DNA from: Octopus vulgaris
Lineage: Eukaryota
Length of the DNA stretch: 64,000 nt
Direction of reading: 5' to 3'
Assembly (NCBI GenBank): GCA_951406725.2
Contig: OX597840.1
Span: forward strand, 1,550,001 to 1,614,000
The position numbers and the translations under genes are program-made. Positions 27,251 to 40,467 of the stretch are shown piece after piece (the stretch's first letter is position 1; each line of letters begins with the position of its first letter). The notes beneath the pieces are model-generated. The model saw only the letters and a list, made by a program, of their open reading frames with translations, had not been told where the DNA came from and did no database searches.

Positions 27251-28884
27251 CATTTCTATCTCTGTCTATGTATGTGTAAATGTGTATGTGTGTGTATGAG
27301 TGTGAGTTAGTGTATATATGTGTGTGTAATTTTACGTCATATTTAATATTTTACCGTTTTCAGTGTCTCATAATTTTGGTGGGTGTATATATATAACTTC
27401 AGGTCTACGTTCAGTTTACACACTGTGTTTAATTATGTTCTTATATACAAACGTGTTTACTGTATGTAGAAGGAGGCCGTCTTTACATTTTAAAAGCTGT
27501 ATTTTCTTTCGTAAATACTTTTCCGCCGACAAACACACACAGCATTTCATTAAGACAGAAGCGCCATCTATCATGTTTAAAAAAACAAAAACATTTCAGC
27601 CATTTTTAGTGCGTTTGTTTATTTTCTGCCGTATTATTCAATTCACTTATTTAACTTTTTGTGTGTTTTTTTTTTGTAGCCTTTCTTTCTTGCTGTTATT
27701 TAGAAATGTTTTCGCTTAATTTTGTTCCATTTGGCTTTTAAACATTTGTTTTCAGCGATGTTATTTCTTGAACCTTCTTTCTTTTGTAACGGCCATTTTG
27801 ATTTTGCAGCGAAAAGAAGAAAACGCTACAAAAATAAAGTAAATATATACATACACGAAAATATAAACAGTTCAAATAAAGATGATAAAGAAATAAAAAG
27901 AAAAGAAAGAAGAAAGCTATGAATAAATGAATAAGAGAACATAGGGAAAGAAATTGAAAGATGTGAAGTGAGTGAGAGAAAAGAAAGAGAATGTTAAGTT
28001 TAGAGGGAGGGAGAAGTAATGTTGGATAAGAAAGAAAGAAGGTAAATAAAAAAGATTAAGAGAAAGATAGGATGAAAGAAGGAAACAGAACACAGACACA
28101 CAGACACACAAGCATACACGCAAACGCACACACAAAATCACACACGCATACGCACATGCTAGAAAAAGGAGAGCGATGGCTAAAAAAGTTATATATATGT
28201 ACGCTTATATGCAAATATGATTATATATATATGTATGTCGTGTGTGTGTGCGTTTATATTTATTTATAAAATGTGTGAATATGTGTGTCTCTGTGTGTGT
28301 GTGCATTTATACGGAGAGAGAAAGATGGTAAGTTAAAGAGATAGAGAGAGAGAGAAGAAAGCGAATGAATGTAAAATGAAAGAGAGTATGCAGAAGAAAA
28401 CAAAAACGGAAGTTTGATAGAATTTCAGGAGAGAAATAGAAAGATGGGGAGGGAGAGAGAATGCGAAAAGGAAAGAAAGACAGAAGGAAAGAGAAAGAGA
28501 GAATATGAAACAAAGGGAAAGATAGAGATACAGATAGAAGTGATACTGTGTTAGATATAGAGACTTAGATTGAGAGAGAGAGACAAGGAAAGAGAAAAAT
28601 ATAGGGAAATACGAGTGGAAGGCGTAATGAAAGGAAGCAAAGAGAAAAAATTTTATCTAATAGGATTTGAAACGAGATATTAAATGAAATAAGAGGTTTC
28701 GAATTATGAGTAAAATGTCAGACTTGCCCACCGAATAAACACAAAAGGCAAATCATACACACACACACACGTAAACGCATATATGCACACATACACAAAT
28801 ACATACACACATTCAAGCATATACAATTACGCTCAAAATGATGTAATCTCGAGTACAGCAGCCAAAGGTATAGTTCTATACAAA

Positions 28885-29200
28885 TACGAGGGTGTACCAA
28901 AAGCTAAACGGAAACATTCTCAATGGGACAAGCCCGTTGTAGTCCAGGCTTCCAATACTAGAAGCCACTTGATGCGACCCTCAGGTTCTTTAGCCTGCCG
29001 ACCGGCGTCGGCGGGTTTTGTCGTGCTGTCACGTAATGCTTCTTTGTTTTACAGTGTTTCTTGTCTGTTCGTCGATTTTTGTGGTGGCTGAGAAGAAGGA
29101 ACAGGTTTCTTCCCTGAAATTCTATTTTCTGGTGGGTGAAACGGTGGCCGAAGCAGCTGCCATGCGTAAAACACCTGACAACGATGCTGCTATGAGCTTA
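28885..29200 (+). mobile_element. Mariner transposon 5' fragment (TIR plus transposase N-terminus)
   Basis: TACGAGGGTGTACCAAAA TIR-like start; EKKEQVSSLKFYFLVGETVAEAAAMRKTPDNDAAMS resembles the mariner HTH start (EQRxxIKFxxxLGKTAAET). Confidence 0.7.
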
Positions 29201-29913
29201 CGAGTGGCTTTCATGCTTTAGGTATTTATGTACAGTGATGTTATAGCGAATTGAGATATGTAAAAAGATAAAGTTGGTTATGGGTGCATATTAAGACGTG
29301 TTCTATATTTTTCAATGAAAAATGTTTCTTGTGGAGAGATTGTATCTTTGAACTGGTAGAAGTGGAAGACTGAAATTTGGCTTGATGTTATCTGCACATT
29401 TTTCTATATGGTCAGTGAGAGGAATTTGACTGTATTGCGGGAAACGGATTTGCTCTTTATGTAGAGTGGTTCTCTCTTTCAACATCATACTCGTTTGTCC
29501 AATATATGGACAAACGAGTAGGAAAAATACAAAGCAAAGTCAAACATATAATAATAATATTCACATACACGACATAGTTGCGACCTATATACACTGGAAT
29601 CTATGCCAACACTATGGAATGACAACTTTCAAGTTGGCCCAGTATATAATAAGGAACGCGACCACGAATAAAATTATCCGAAGTTAAAGCAATTTGGAAT
29701 AAATTGAAATGCTTTAATCGCGAAAGAATTACGTCACGAATGCTTTTCTAATTAAATATTAGGCAAATCTGAAACGTACGTACGAAATGATTTCAGAATA
29801 TATCACCATTTGCTCTGACATTATTATTGCAACTAAATGCATATGTATGCATGCAAGCTAGTATGCATGTGTGTGTATATGCATGTATGGAAGCACGTAT
29901 ATAATATAATATA

Positions 29914-29961
<48 letters not shown>

Positions 29962-30068
29962 TAAGAATACATTTATACACACACAAAACTCGCACATATA
30001 TATATATATATATGAAGGATACAATTATCATTATAAGATAATAATAATATTAATACTACTACTACTAT

Positions 30069-30279
30069 TAATAATAATAATAATAATAACAACAACACCA
30101 ATAATAATAATAATAATAATGATAAGAAGAAGAAGAAGAAGAGGAGGAGGAAGAAGAAGAAGAAGAAGAAGAAGAAGAATAAGAAGAAGAAGAAGAAGAA
30201 GCAGAAAAGAAAAGAAGAAGACGAATGAAGAAGAAGAAGAAGAAGAAGAAGAAGAAGAAGAAGAAGAAGAAGAAGAAGA
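30069..30279. repeat. Compound (AAT)n/(AAG)n microsatellite
   Basis: Direct reading. Confidence 0.95.
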
Positions 30280-30540
30280 TCATTGGTTAGCGAGCATTAA
30301 ATCCGTAGAGATAAAATTGATATAAATCTATAATTATATATATTATATAATTATAAGGATGGATATTGGGAAAAGTACCGCCATGCTAGAAATAGAAATC
30401 AAAACGACCCTAAACCACCTATACCACTCATATGCATTGGTGAAGGGGAGGAAAGGAGCAAGTAATAAACACATAATCACATACCCATTGATTTTCCGAT
30501 CTGCAATAAATGTTTAGTCAGTGAGATGTACCGCAAATAA

Positions 30541-30691
30541 GCAGGAGTGGCTGAGTAGTAAGTAGCTTGCATACAAACCAAATGGTTTCGGGTTCAGTCC
30601 CACTGCGTAGCAACAAGGGGGATTGTCTTCTACTATAGCCCTGGCCCGACCAAAACCTCGTGAGTGGTAAGGAAACAGAAATAAATCCGTC

Positions 30692-30779
<88 letters not shown>

Positions 30780-30996
30780 GTGTGTGTGTGTGTGTGTCTG
30801 TGTTTGTACACCCACCTTCGCTTGATAACAGATATTGGTGTGTTTCCGTACGCATAACTTAGCGGTTCGGCAAAAGAGACGGATACAATAAGTGAGGGGC
30901 TCACAAAGATTAAGACCTGGGGTTGATTTTTTCGACTAAAAGTGGTGCTCCAGTATGGCCGCAGGTAGATGACTGAAACAGATAAAAGAATAAAAG
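30541..30996 (+). mobile_element. SINE family A, diverged
   Basis: Head, internal (TA)n and tail. Confidence 0.8.
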
Positions 30997-31101
30997 TATA
31001 TCTATGTATACATATATATATATATACACACAAATATATATTTATATATATAAATATAAAAAAAACGGCGGTGCATCAGCATGGCCGCAACTCTGAGCTG
31101 A

Positions 31102-31162
<61 letters not shown>

Positions 31163-31201
31163 TCATCTAAAAGTTTTTATTCGTCATGATGCTGACATAA
31201 G

Positions 31202-31300
31202 TTCCTTGTCGTTCCTGATGAGAAGACGGCATAATGCACCCTTTATTCCTTCAGAATAAAGAATATGCGGTCTTCGAAACATATGTCGAGAATAAAGGAA
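31202..31300 (+). ncRNA. Type I hammerhead ribozyme (family 1), intact core
   Basis: Helix I TTCCTT..TTC / GAG..AAGGAA; CTGATGA 31215-31221; helix II GAAGAC/GTCTTC extended by GCATA/TATGC and CTTTATTC/GAATAAAG; GAAA 31276-31279; helix III CATATG; GUC cleavage triplet 31285-31287. Confidence 0.85.
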
Positions 31301-31335
31301 TTTTGTTAAATCGTCGTTCGACTCCATTCTTTCAT

Positions 31336-31369
<34 letters not shown>

Positions 31370-31371
<2 letters not shown>

Positions 31372-32301
31372 GGTCAGGCGATCCATTTGCTGTCAACACC
31401 CGTTAAAAGGAGGGCTGGGCATGCCGTGGTTGATGATGCGCAGACACGCGCTGAGACTGCGGCATCTCTGGCTCTATGTAGACGACGGTGAACAGGTGTG
31501 GTCGCCGTTTGTGAGGCACGCTTTCCCGCAGCTCGTCTCCATGACCGAACTGCAGTCGTGGATCAAAAAGAGGCCGAGGAAGGGCGAATGGCACCGCGAG
31601 TGTCGCGTTGCTCTCAAGCAACTCTGCCGTCCTGGGTCGACCTTAAGTGACTTCAACACAACCAAAGCATTCTATAGGGGTTTAGTGGAGGGGAGGTACG
31701 ACGACGAGCTCGGGGCGAACCTGGACGTCGACGAGGAGTACCTGACCCGCCTGTTCAGGACGACTTTCGGGCCAGGGCCCATGGACAACTTCCAGAGATC
31801 CCTGGCCTGGCAGTGCTACCGAGAAGCGCTACCCGTTCGGGATAAGCTCTACAGACACGGCTGGAGAAACACGGGGCCGACCTGCCCGAGATGCGGTCAG
31901 AGCGACGAAACCGTTCTGCACGCACTCGTTCAGTGTCCAACAATTTCCGACCTGTGGGCTTATGTCGAACAACTGCTGTCACGTGTGGGACGAGTCGGTT
32001 TATCAGCTGAGTCTATCGTCAATATTGTCACGCCTCCTTCCTTCAAACGGGAAGGAAGAGCTATTTTCATCATCCTTGTGGCTATGGCGAAAGAATGTAT
32101 CTGGTGGACGCGTCTGAAAGGATTGGAGACAAACACTTTCCTCTCTGGTCAATCTCTCATCAACTTCTTCAAGTACCACTTGAAAAGGAAAGTGAGAGTA
32201 GAGAGGCAAGTTTTGTCTAGCGAATGTTTTAAAAAAGATGGGTGAATGTAGCAAGAATGGCACGTATGAATGACGAAGCCACCTTGAGCATAGTCCTATG
32301 A
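31370..32301 (+). pseudogene. ORF2 C-terminal region (post-RT GGLG motif and zf-RVT zinc finger) of a Tx1-like LINE
   Basis: GGLGMP...ALPVRDKL...CPRCGQSDETVLHALVQCP..W; 291 open codons, then a 1-nt shift in an A run near 32231 hides the ending RWVNVARMARMNDEATLSIVL*. Confidence 0.85.
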
Positions 32302-32676
32302 ACCCAGAAATCGAAAACAGAGAGTTGCTTATTTGCAAAAAAAAAAAAAAGAAATATAAAATGTGACATCATTGACCGAGGTTACCGTGGTCTTTTCCGT
32401 AGGCTTTTCTTTGCACGGGTAAACCTCACCTGTCCTCCCCTTTACACTTCATATTGACATTTCTGTGATAACGATCCCTATTGATCAAATTTTTTTCCTC
32501 CCCCCTTTTTTTTAAACCCCCCTTTTTTTTGTCCTCTTTCTCTCCTTTTACGATCCCTTTTGATCGAAACTCCCCCTTCCTTTTTTTTTTTTTTTTTTTC
32601 TTAAACCTTCAAAAGAAAAGCTCTACCTTGTAATTTGTTCTATCTGTGTGCAGCCCTGTGTGGCTAATAAAGAAAC
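31370..32676 (+). mobile_element. 5'-truncated Tx1/L1-clade non-LTR retrotransposon inserted in (TATC)n
   Basis: GC-rich ORF2 C-terminus, pyrimidine-rich 3' UTR ending AATAAAGAAACA, (TATC)n on both flanks. Confidence 0.85.
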
Positions 32677-32677
32677 A

Positions 32678-32731
<54 letters not shown>

Positions 32732-33539
32732 ATCATCTATATATTTATCTTTCTATCTATATATATATATATCTTCTCATGCGAATCAGAAATCCAGGCT
32801 CTTGAATTATCCAGAAAAATCTTTTTTTGCTAGTTTATTTGTCTCTGTCTTCTCTCGTAGGGTCAGGGTGTTTTGATTTCAATTTCAGCATGGTGGTATC
32901 TCTCAGATACCCCAATTTATAGTTTTAAATAATTATTACCTTTGTATGCTATTTATTCCCATGCTGGCCACTTGATAATATCTATATTTAAATATCCATA
33001 TTATCCTTATTTATATATTTATATATTTCGTCATTGTATTCACTGCGGTGTTTATTTTGACCACATTGCGCGTGGAGGTGTTTGGCGGACAATTTAAGCT
33101 GGTCTTGTACATACGTGCATATATATGTATGTATGTATGAGTGTTCATTCGTCGTCGTAACCGACGAAGCGCCACCATGCATATGTATATGTATATGTAT
33201 GTATATATATATATATTTATATATATATATATATATATTTGTAATTATTATTACTAGTATTGTTGTTATATATACATACATACAAGCATACATAATAATA
33301 ATAATAGTAATAATAATAATAACAATAATAATGCTAATGATAATAATAATGATAATGATAATAATAACAAGTGGGTGTAAACACAAGAATAAACAAAAAC
33401 AAAAACAAATTACACGAATGTATAGAAACAGAAGATAAAAATATTACAGGCATTACCTCCCACACACACACTAACTAAACATAGACGCACATAGAAATAT
33501 ACGCATATATATGTATATATATGTATATATGTATATGTA

Positions 33540-33604
<65 letters not shown>

Positions 33605-34104
33605 TACATGTATATATATATTCGGTGGGGTGCGTATATGTCTAAATACATTTATGCATAATATTTCAGAAATATTTTCTCGCTCGTCATATTAGTAGAA
33701 AGAATTTATTAAATCCAAAAATATAATTACTTAAAGAATCTTCAAGAAAAAGGAGATTAAAACGGATGTAAAGAAAAAATATCTTAATCTCTTTTTCAAA
33801 GCGATGTTTTTTCTATAATTAGTAATTTAAGATTAATAGTATAAAATATCAATGAATATATACGTATAAATATATATACATATATGTATTATGCGTATAT
33901 ATACAGAGTAATATATATATATATGTGTGTGTGTGTGTGCGTGTGTGTGTTTGTATAAAATAGTGTATATTTATTCACAAGAGAAACTGCCTCCAGCAAG
34001 CAGCTTTACATGCTAGAAGACGTAGTCTAAACCACCAAAGCCACATTTAAGAGCAATTTTGAAGAGAATTAAAAATAAAAACATTTACCTCGTTATTTCA
34101 TGAC

Positions 34105-34174
34105 GGTCATACCTAGATTTCAAATTTTTGTAGCCAATAAAATAATTTGCCAGGCGAAATTCTCATCAGTCACC
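34105..34174 (-). ncRNA. Decayed type I hammerhead
   Basis: Minus: GGTGA-CTGATGA-GAATTT...AAATTT-GAAA-TCTAGG-TA-TGACC. Confidence 0.6.
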
Positions 34175-34406
34175 GCACCATAACACTAACATATAATTGA
34201 GTGACAAATAACACATGCCGCATCGTTATACTTTATAATTTTTGAAGTTCACCGCCCAAGCGCAATTTCAATCGGCAGCAAATGAATAAATGCCAAAGTA
34301 ACCTTCTAAAAATTGCTGACTTTTTATTCATGTTAGGATACTGGTAGTGAAATTTCAAAAAAATTCTCGCTACCCAATATTATACGCATATGTATATGTA
34401 TACGTG

Positions 34407-34448
<42 letters not shown>

Positions 34449-34552
34449 GGTCCCGGGTTGAGTCGGGGTTAACCACAGTAAATAAGGTACTCAATACATG
34501 GCAGAGTAAATTAATTTATTATATATATATATATGATTCAAAATGTGACCGC

Positions 34553-34749
34553 GTGTGTACCGTGCGCGATTTTTTCGTCCGTCTTCCCTTCCTTGGATCT
34601 TTCCTTTTCCTATGTTTCTGATAAAGAGCTCCGCTCGAAACGTTAAATCCTCCTTCCTTCCTTCCTTCCTTCCTGAGCGTCCAATAATACTATACTTGTT
34701 CCACGTACTCGCGTTGTTGTGATTTCTGTTTTTGTTTTCATATTTGGAT

Positions 34750-34753
<4 letters not shown>
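34553..34753 (+). mobile_element. HHR family 3 pLTR-like element between (TA)n tracts
   Basis: Homologous to 47553-47755; CTGATAA-A-GAGC TCC GCTC-GAAACGTT at 34618-34644 (G8 mutated). Confidence 0.75.
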
Positions 34754-34801
<48 letters not shown>

Positions 34802-34815
34802 CATACATATATATA

Positions 34816-35208
34816 TACTCTTACTCTTTTACTTGTTTCAGTCATTTGACTGCGGCCATGCTGGAGCACCGCCTTTAGTCGAGCAAATCGTCCCCGGGAC
34901 TTATTCTTTGTAAGCCCAGTACTTATTCTATCGGTCTCTTTTGCCGAACCGCTAAGTGACGGGGACGTAAACACACCAGCATCGGTTGTCAAGCAATGCT
35001 AGGGGGACAAACACACACACATACACATATATACATATATATACATATATACGACAAGCTTCTTTCAGTTTCAGTCTACCAAATCCACTCACAAGGCATT
35101 GGTCGGCCCGGGGCTATAGCATCTTGGCCAAGATGCCACGCAGTGGGACTGAACCCGGAACCCTGTGGTTGGTTAGCAAGCTACTTACCACACAGCCACT
35201 CCTGCGCC
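34816..35208 (-). mobile_element. SINE family A
   Basis: Near-consensus copy. Confidence 0.9.
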
Positions 35209-35222
35209 TATATATGAATATA

Positions 35223-35266
<44 letters not shown>

Positions 35267-35831
35267 ATATTTATACATAATATCACCGTGACCGACCAGG
35301 CTATCAGATGTTGCTACACATCTCTGGTCACAATACGCTTCGCATTGTTTTAGCCTTCAAATGACGCCACACCACTGGCTAAGCGAGCAGGTCAATATAC
35401 ATATATAGATATAATATACATATGTTTATAGATATAAAATTTTGCTTAATGTATATAGTTTCGAGGTTTATATAAATACAGTACGTAATAGACGATACAA
35501 AATAAGCCAAACGTGATATGTAACATTCTTCTTGGGGCACTTGTTCCCGACAAAGCATGGCTTTTTTCCGGAACCATGTTTCTTCACAAAGGAAACTCAC
35601 TTAAATACGTAGATTATGAAACACCACTAGCTACGATGAATTGATTAGGCAAATTCAGGTCAAATTCATCGCAAGAATGTAACCTAACTCGTGTTTCATA
35701 GCAGTCATTGCATATATAGACTCACGGGGAATAAAATAAGGAGAAGTGTAAAGAGGGAACTTAGATGGAAAGTTGGGAAAGCGGATCGGGGTGTTATAGC
35801 TGCAGAGGAATTAGCAGTTTTCAAAGATTCC

Positions 35832-36481
35832 TTCTTTTCTACACTAGGCACAATGTCCGAAAATTTGGGTGAGATTGGAGCGGGGTCAGTCAATTAGATC
35901 GACCCCAGTACTCAACTACTTCTAATTTATCGATCCCGAAAGGATGAAAGGCAAAGTGGACCTCGGCTGAATTTGAACTCAGAACGTAGCAGCAGACGAA
36001 ATACCTATTTCTTTATTATCCACAAAGGGCTAAACACAGAGAGGACATACAAGGACAGACAAACGGATTAAGTCGATTATATCGACCCCCAGGCCGTAAC
36101 TGGTACTTAATTTGTCGACCTCGAAAGGATGAAAGGCAAAGTCGACCTTGGCGGAATTTGAACTCAGAACGTAACGGCAGACGAAACACCGCTAAGCATT
36201 TCGCCTGGCGTGCTAACGTTTCTGCCACCTTACCGCTTTAGCAAAACCTTAAATATTCTTTTCTACTCTAGGCACAAGGCCCGAAATTTCGGAGGAGAGG
36301 CTCATTCAAGTAGATCGACCCCAGTACGCTACTAGTACTTAAGTTATCGCCCCGGAAGGATGAAAGGCAAAGTTGACCTCGCCGGATTTTGAACTCAGAA
36401 CGTAAAGACAGACGAAATATCTATTTCTTTACTACCCACAAGGGGCTAAACACAGAGAGGACAGACAAGGACAGACAAACG
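35832..36481 (-). mobile_element. Dimeric SINE family B (35832-36237) plus a partial second dimer (36255-36481)
   Basis: AAGGATGAAAGGCAAAGT...TTTGAACTCAGAACGTA occurs three times with alternating tails. Confidence 0.85.
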
Positions 36482-36779
36482 TACTTCTCTGGAAATTCCC
36501 TACCTTATAGCAAAAGATATGTTATTGTAAATCGCCGATCTGGTTTCGTATCTTGAGTAGATAAATATATTGCTTTAAAATTATTGTTCGACTCCTATTA
36601 TTCGGACATTGAAGAAGTATCCTTTTTTTACAATTTAGAGCTGCAATGCCCATATAATGATGTGATAGCAAATCGGAAATAATGGCTCTCAGACGCACAT
36701 GTAGGAATTCGCAATTAAAGAATTCAATAATATTTTTAGAAATATTGGAGAGACGGAAATCACAAGACAATAGATAAAG

Positions 36780-37616
36780 AATAAATGGGGGGGGGAGAAA
36801 AACAGAAATGAATGGAGAGGAAAATAGAGAGAATGGGAGGGAGTGAGGGAGAAGGGGACAGTGAGATAGAGTGAGGAGGACAGATAGGGAGAGTGAGGGA
36901 AATAGGGAGGGAGAGGAGTGAATGAGATGGAGGAAGAGGGAGAGAGGCGGGGAGATAGAGAGAGGGATGGGGAAGGGGACAGTGATATGGAGTGAGAAGG
37001 AAATATAGGGAGAGTGATGCGGAGGGGAATAGGGAGGGAGAGGTGTCAATGAGATGGAGTGAGAGGGAGAGAGGTAGGGAGGGAGTGAGGGAGGGAAGGA
37101 GAGAGGTAGGGAGGGAGTGAGGGAGGGAGGAAGAGAGAACCAGAGATCAAGAGAGGTGAGAGAGAAAGTCTGACAATCACACAGACAAATAGAGAAAGGC
37201 AAACACAGAGAGAGTGAGAGGGAGAGGTAAGATAAAGTAAGATAGACAGTAATACAGAGGGAACAACAGAGAAGGATAGAGAGAGAGAGCGAAAGAGAGA
37301 GAAAGCGAAAGAGAGTGACAGAGACAGGAAGAGAGATAAAGAGAGTGGTAGTGATACTGTCAGACAATCAAGCAGACGGATAAACAAAGAGGAAAGCTGA
37401 GAGAGTGAGAGATAGACAGAACCAGAGTAATAGAAAAATAAACGAAGAGAGACAGTGATAGAGAGAGAGAGAGAGAGAGAGAGAGGGGGAGGGAGAGAGA
37501 GAAAGAAAGAGAGAGAGAAAGAGAGAGAGAGATAAAGAAAGAGAGAGAGAGAGAGAAAGAGAGACAGAGACAGAGAGAAAAAGAGAGAGAGAAAGAGAGA
37601 GAGAGAGAAAGAAAGA

Positions 37617-37650
<34 letters not shown>

Positions 37651-37740
37651 AAAAAGAAAGAGAGCGAGAGAGAGAGAGAAAGAGAGAGAGATAAATAAAG
37701 AGAGCGAGAGCGAGAGAGAGAAAGAAATAGAGAGAAAGAA

Positions 37741-37775
<35 letters not shown>

Positions 37776-37805
37776 AAGAAAGAGAGCGAGAGAGAGAGAA
37801 AGGCA
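36780..37805. repeat. ~1-kb polypurine (GA-rich) low-complexity tract
   Basis: Direct reading. Confidence 0.95.
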
Positions 37806-38377
37806 GACAGTCAGATAGACATAGATAATAGTGAGAAAGTTGAAAATTCACTCTGCTACGAAGAACTTTGTACAGAGATACAAAGACAAAATTTTAAAAA
37901 AATATCCATTTTTCCTGTTTCACAACAATTAAGAGAATTAATTAAAATATAATACAAACATTTAATTGGTGTAGAATATGCTGCTCCTGCAAGTTAATAA
38001 ACTCGTGCAATTGCATCCAAATGTTTTCTTTTCTTGTATTTTTATATCGATTTTCACAATATATATATTTGTTGTTTTTTTTTTTGTTTTCGTTTTTCTT
38101 TGTCAAGAATTGTGTAAAAGAATTGGCAATTATCATCGCTCGGAGTTTAGAAATCAGAGCCTGATTTCTTCATTTCTTTATGTTTTACTTCTGAGCTGTC
38201 TCAGTCACTAGACTGCGGCCATGCTAGAGTAACGCCTTGAAAGATATTAGACCAAGGAGTCTTTTTTTTTTTTAAACGTGTAACTTATTGCATCGGTCAC
38301 TTTTTTCCAAATGATTAATTTACGGGGACATAAACACACCAACACAGGTACAAACCAGACACACACACACACACATA

Positions 38378-38437
<60 letters not shown>

Positions 38438-38657
38438 ATTAATCAATATGGCTAAAGAATTCTACAAAATTTTTTTTTTGCCACCCTATATTGATTAATT
38501 ATGAATTTTCTGGTTAATTCCGTAATGGAATCGACGGCTTATATTTATTTGCTGCCGATAAATTTGGCGCGAGTGCGACGATTTGAAAATTTTAGGTCAG
38601 ATATAAACTTGGCAAGGTCGGAAATGCCTCGTGAAAATATCTGTTCCGACTTGGGCT

Positions 38658-38764
38658 ATTTCTTACTGAAGAATCTGAGGGCCTGTGGAAGATTGGCTTG
38701 ATTTAATTTAATCAGGTTAGTTTACCATTAATCAGCAGATGAAACGGTATATCGTATAAGAAAT
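38658..38764 (+). ncRNA. Type I hammerhead ribozyme (family 5), intact core
   Basis: Helix I ATTTCTTA/TAAGAAAT (8 bp); CTGAAGA 38666-38672; helix II ATCTG/CAGAT with internal hairpin; GAAA 38741-38744; helix III CGGTATATCG; GUA cleavage triplet ending 38756. Confidence 0.85.
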
Positions 38765-38884
38765 TACAGGGTAAATGTTTTTTAAATTTTCTCCTGGTTT
38801 ACGGAATTAATTTTTATTTGCGGTTGAAGCTTTGGCTGTTATTTCTAGTGGGTGAATGGCCTATTATGGCCGTTCCTTGATTGT

Positions 38885-38922
<38 letters not shown>

Positions 38923-39231
38923 GACAGGCAGCATTCGGTCTATTTCTACGAAATCCTGACTATGGTAGAAGATACTTGCCCAAAGTTCGCAGTTGGACTG
39001 AACCTGCAACAGAGTTGATGGGAAACATACTTCTTACCACGTAGCCATGCCTATAAATTAAGAAATATATGTGTGTATGTGTGTGTGTGTGTGTGTGTGT
39101 TCAGTTCCACCGCACAACACCTTGAGCAAAAGTTTTCTGCTATAGCCTTCGGCCAACCAGTGACTATTGCGTAGATTTGGTAGACGGAAACTGAAAGAAA
39201 TCCGTCGTTTATATATGTATATATCTTGGTA

Positions 39232-39689
39232 TAGGAGTGGCTCTGTGGTACGTAGCTTGCTTACGAACCACATGGTTCGGGTTCCGGGTTCAGTCCCACT
39301 GCGTGGCACCTTGGGCAAGTGTCTTCCACTATAGCTTCGGGCCGACCAAAGACCGGTGAGTGGATTTTGTAGACGGAAACTGAAAGAAGCCCGTCGTATA
39401 TATGTATAACTATGTGTGTGTATACGTTTGTGTGTCTGTGTGTTTGTCCGTGTGTTTGTCCCTCTTACATAGCTTATATATGTGTGCGTGTTTGTGTGTC
39501 TGTGTTTGTCCTCCCAACATCACTTGACAACCGATGCTTGTGTGTTTACTTCCCCGTAACTTAGCGGTTCGGCAAAAGAGACCCATAGAATAAGTACTAG
39601 GCTTACAAACAATAAGTCCTGGAGTCGATTTGATCGACTAAAGGCGGTGCTCCAGCATGGCCGCAGTCAAGTAAAAGACTAAAGAGAGA

Positions 39690-39690
<1 letters not shown>
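39232..39690 (+). mobile_element. SINE family A
   Basis: Head with duplicated GGTTC(C)G, internal TG tracts, tail. Confidence 0.85.
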
Positions 39691-39749
<59 letters not shown>

Positions 39750-39833
39750 AGTGTGTATGATCTTCCAACAGCTAAATGCTTGTTGAAAAGAACTTAGACA
39801 ATTCTCAGTTCATAAATAGGTGAATGTACTTCT

Positions 39834-39967
39834 ACTGGAATTAAGCCGGAGTGAAGATGGATTGAAGCCGGAGTGAAACTGGAGTGTAGTCGAAACGGAG
39901 CTGGAGTGAAGCTGGTGTGAATTTGCAGTGTAGGTGGAATGAAATCGGAGTAAACCTGGAGTGAATC
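39834..39967. repeat. Degenerate ~11-bp minisatellite (GCTGGAGTGAA)n
   Basis: About 12 imperfect units. Confidence 0.75.
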
Positions 39968-40309
39968 CAGCCCGACATATTAGTTTGTAAATAAAGAAAG
40001 TGGAATTATTTTCGTTGTGATCTATTTTAGTCACGTAAACCGTGGACTGTTAATTTGATGATCAGCGCTCAACGGGAGACGAATGGTTGATAATTGTTTG
40101 GCTTCTGATCAGTTGAATGTGTGTCAAGGATAGACATGAACAGAGAAGCATATTGCAGGAAACACACACACAAAGATGTATATATACGCACAAAATGTTG
40201 TAAACGGAAGCATAGCATTCACAGGCACACAAATATACAAATATATACATATATCTGTACATATACATACAGATGGATAGGTAAGATTATGTCCCTTTCT
40301 CTCTCTCTC

Positions 40310-40366
<57 letters not shown>

Positions 40367-40435
40367 AGAACTTTGGGCAAGTATCTTCTACCATAGTCAG
40401 GATTTCGTAGAAATAGACCGAGTGCTGCCTGTCGT

Positions 40436-40467
<32 letters not shown>

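Noticed and set aside
29957-30325. Arg/Glu-rich ORF
   Set aside because: (AAT)n/(AAG)n repeats
36522-37851. 281-aa and 163-aa Ser/Leu-rich ORFs
   Set aside because: Antisense of a GA-rich low-complexity tract that lacks stops
39834-39967. CRISPR-like periodicity
   Set aside because: No unique spacers, 11-bp period, eukaryotic context
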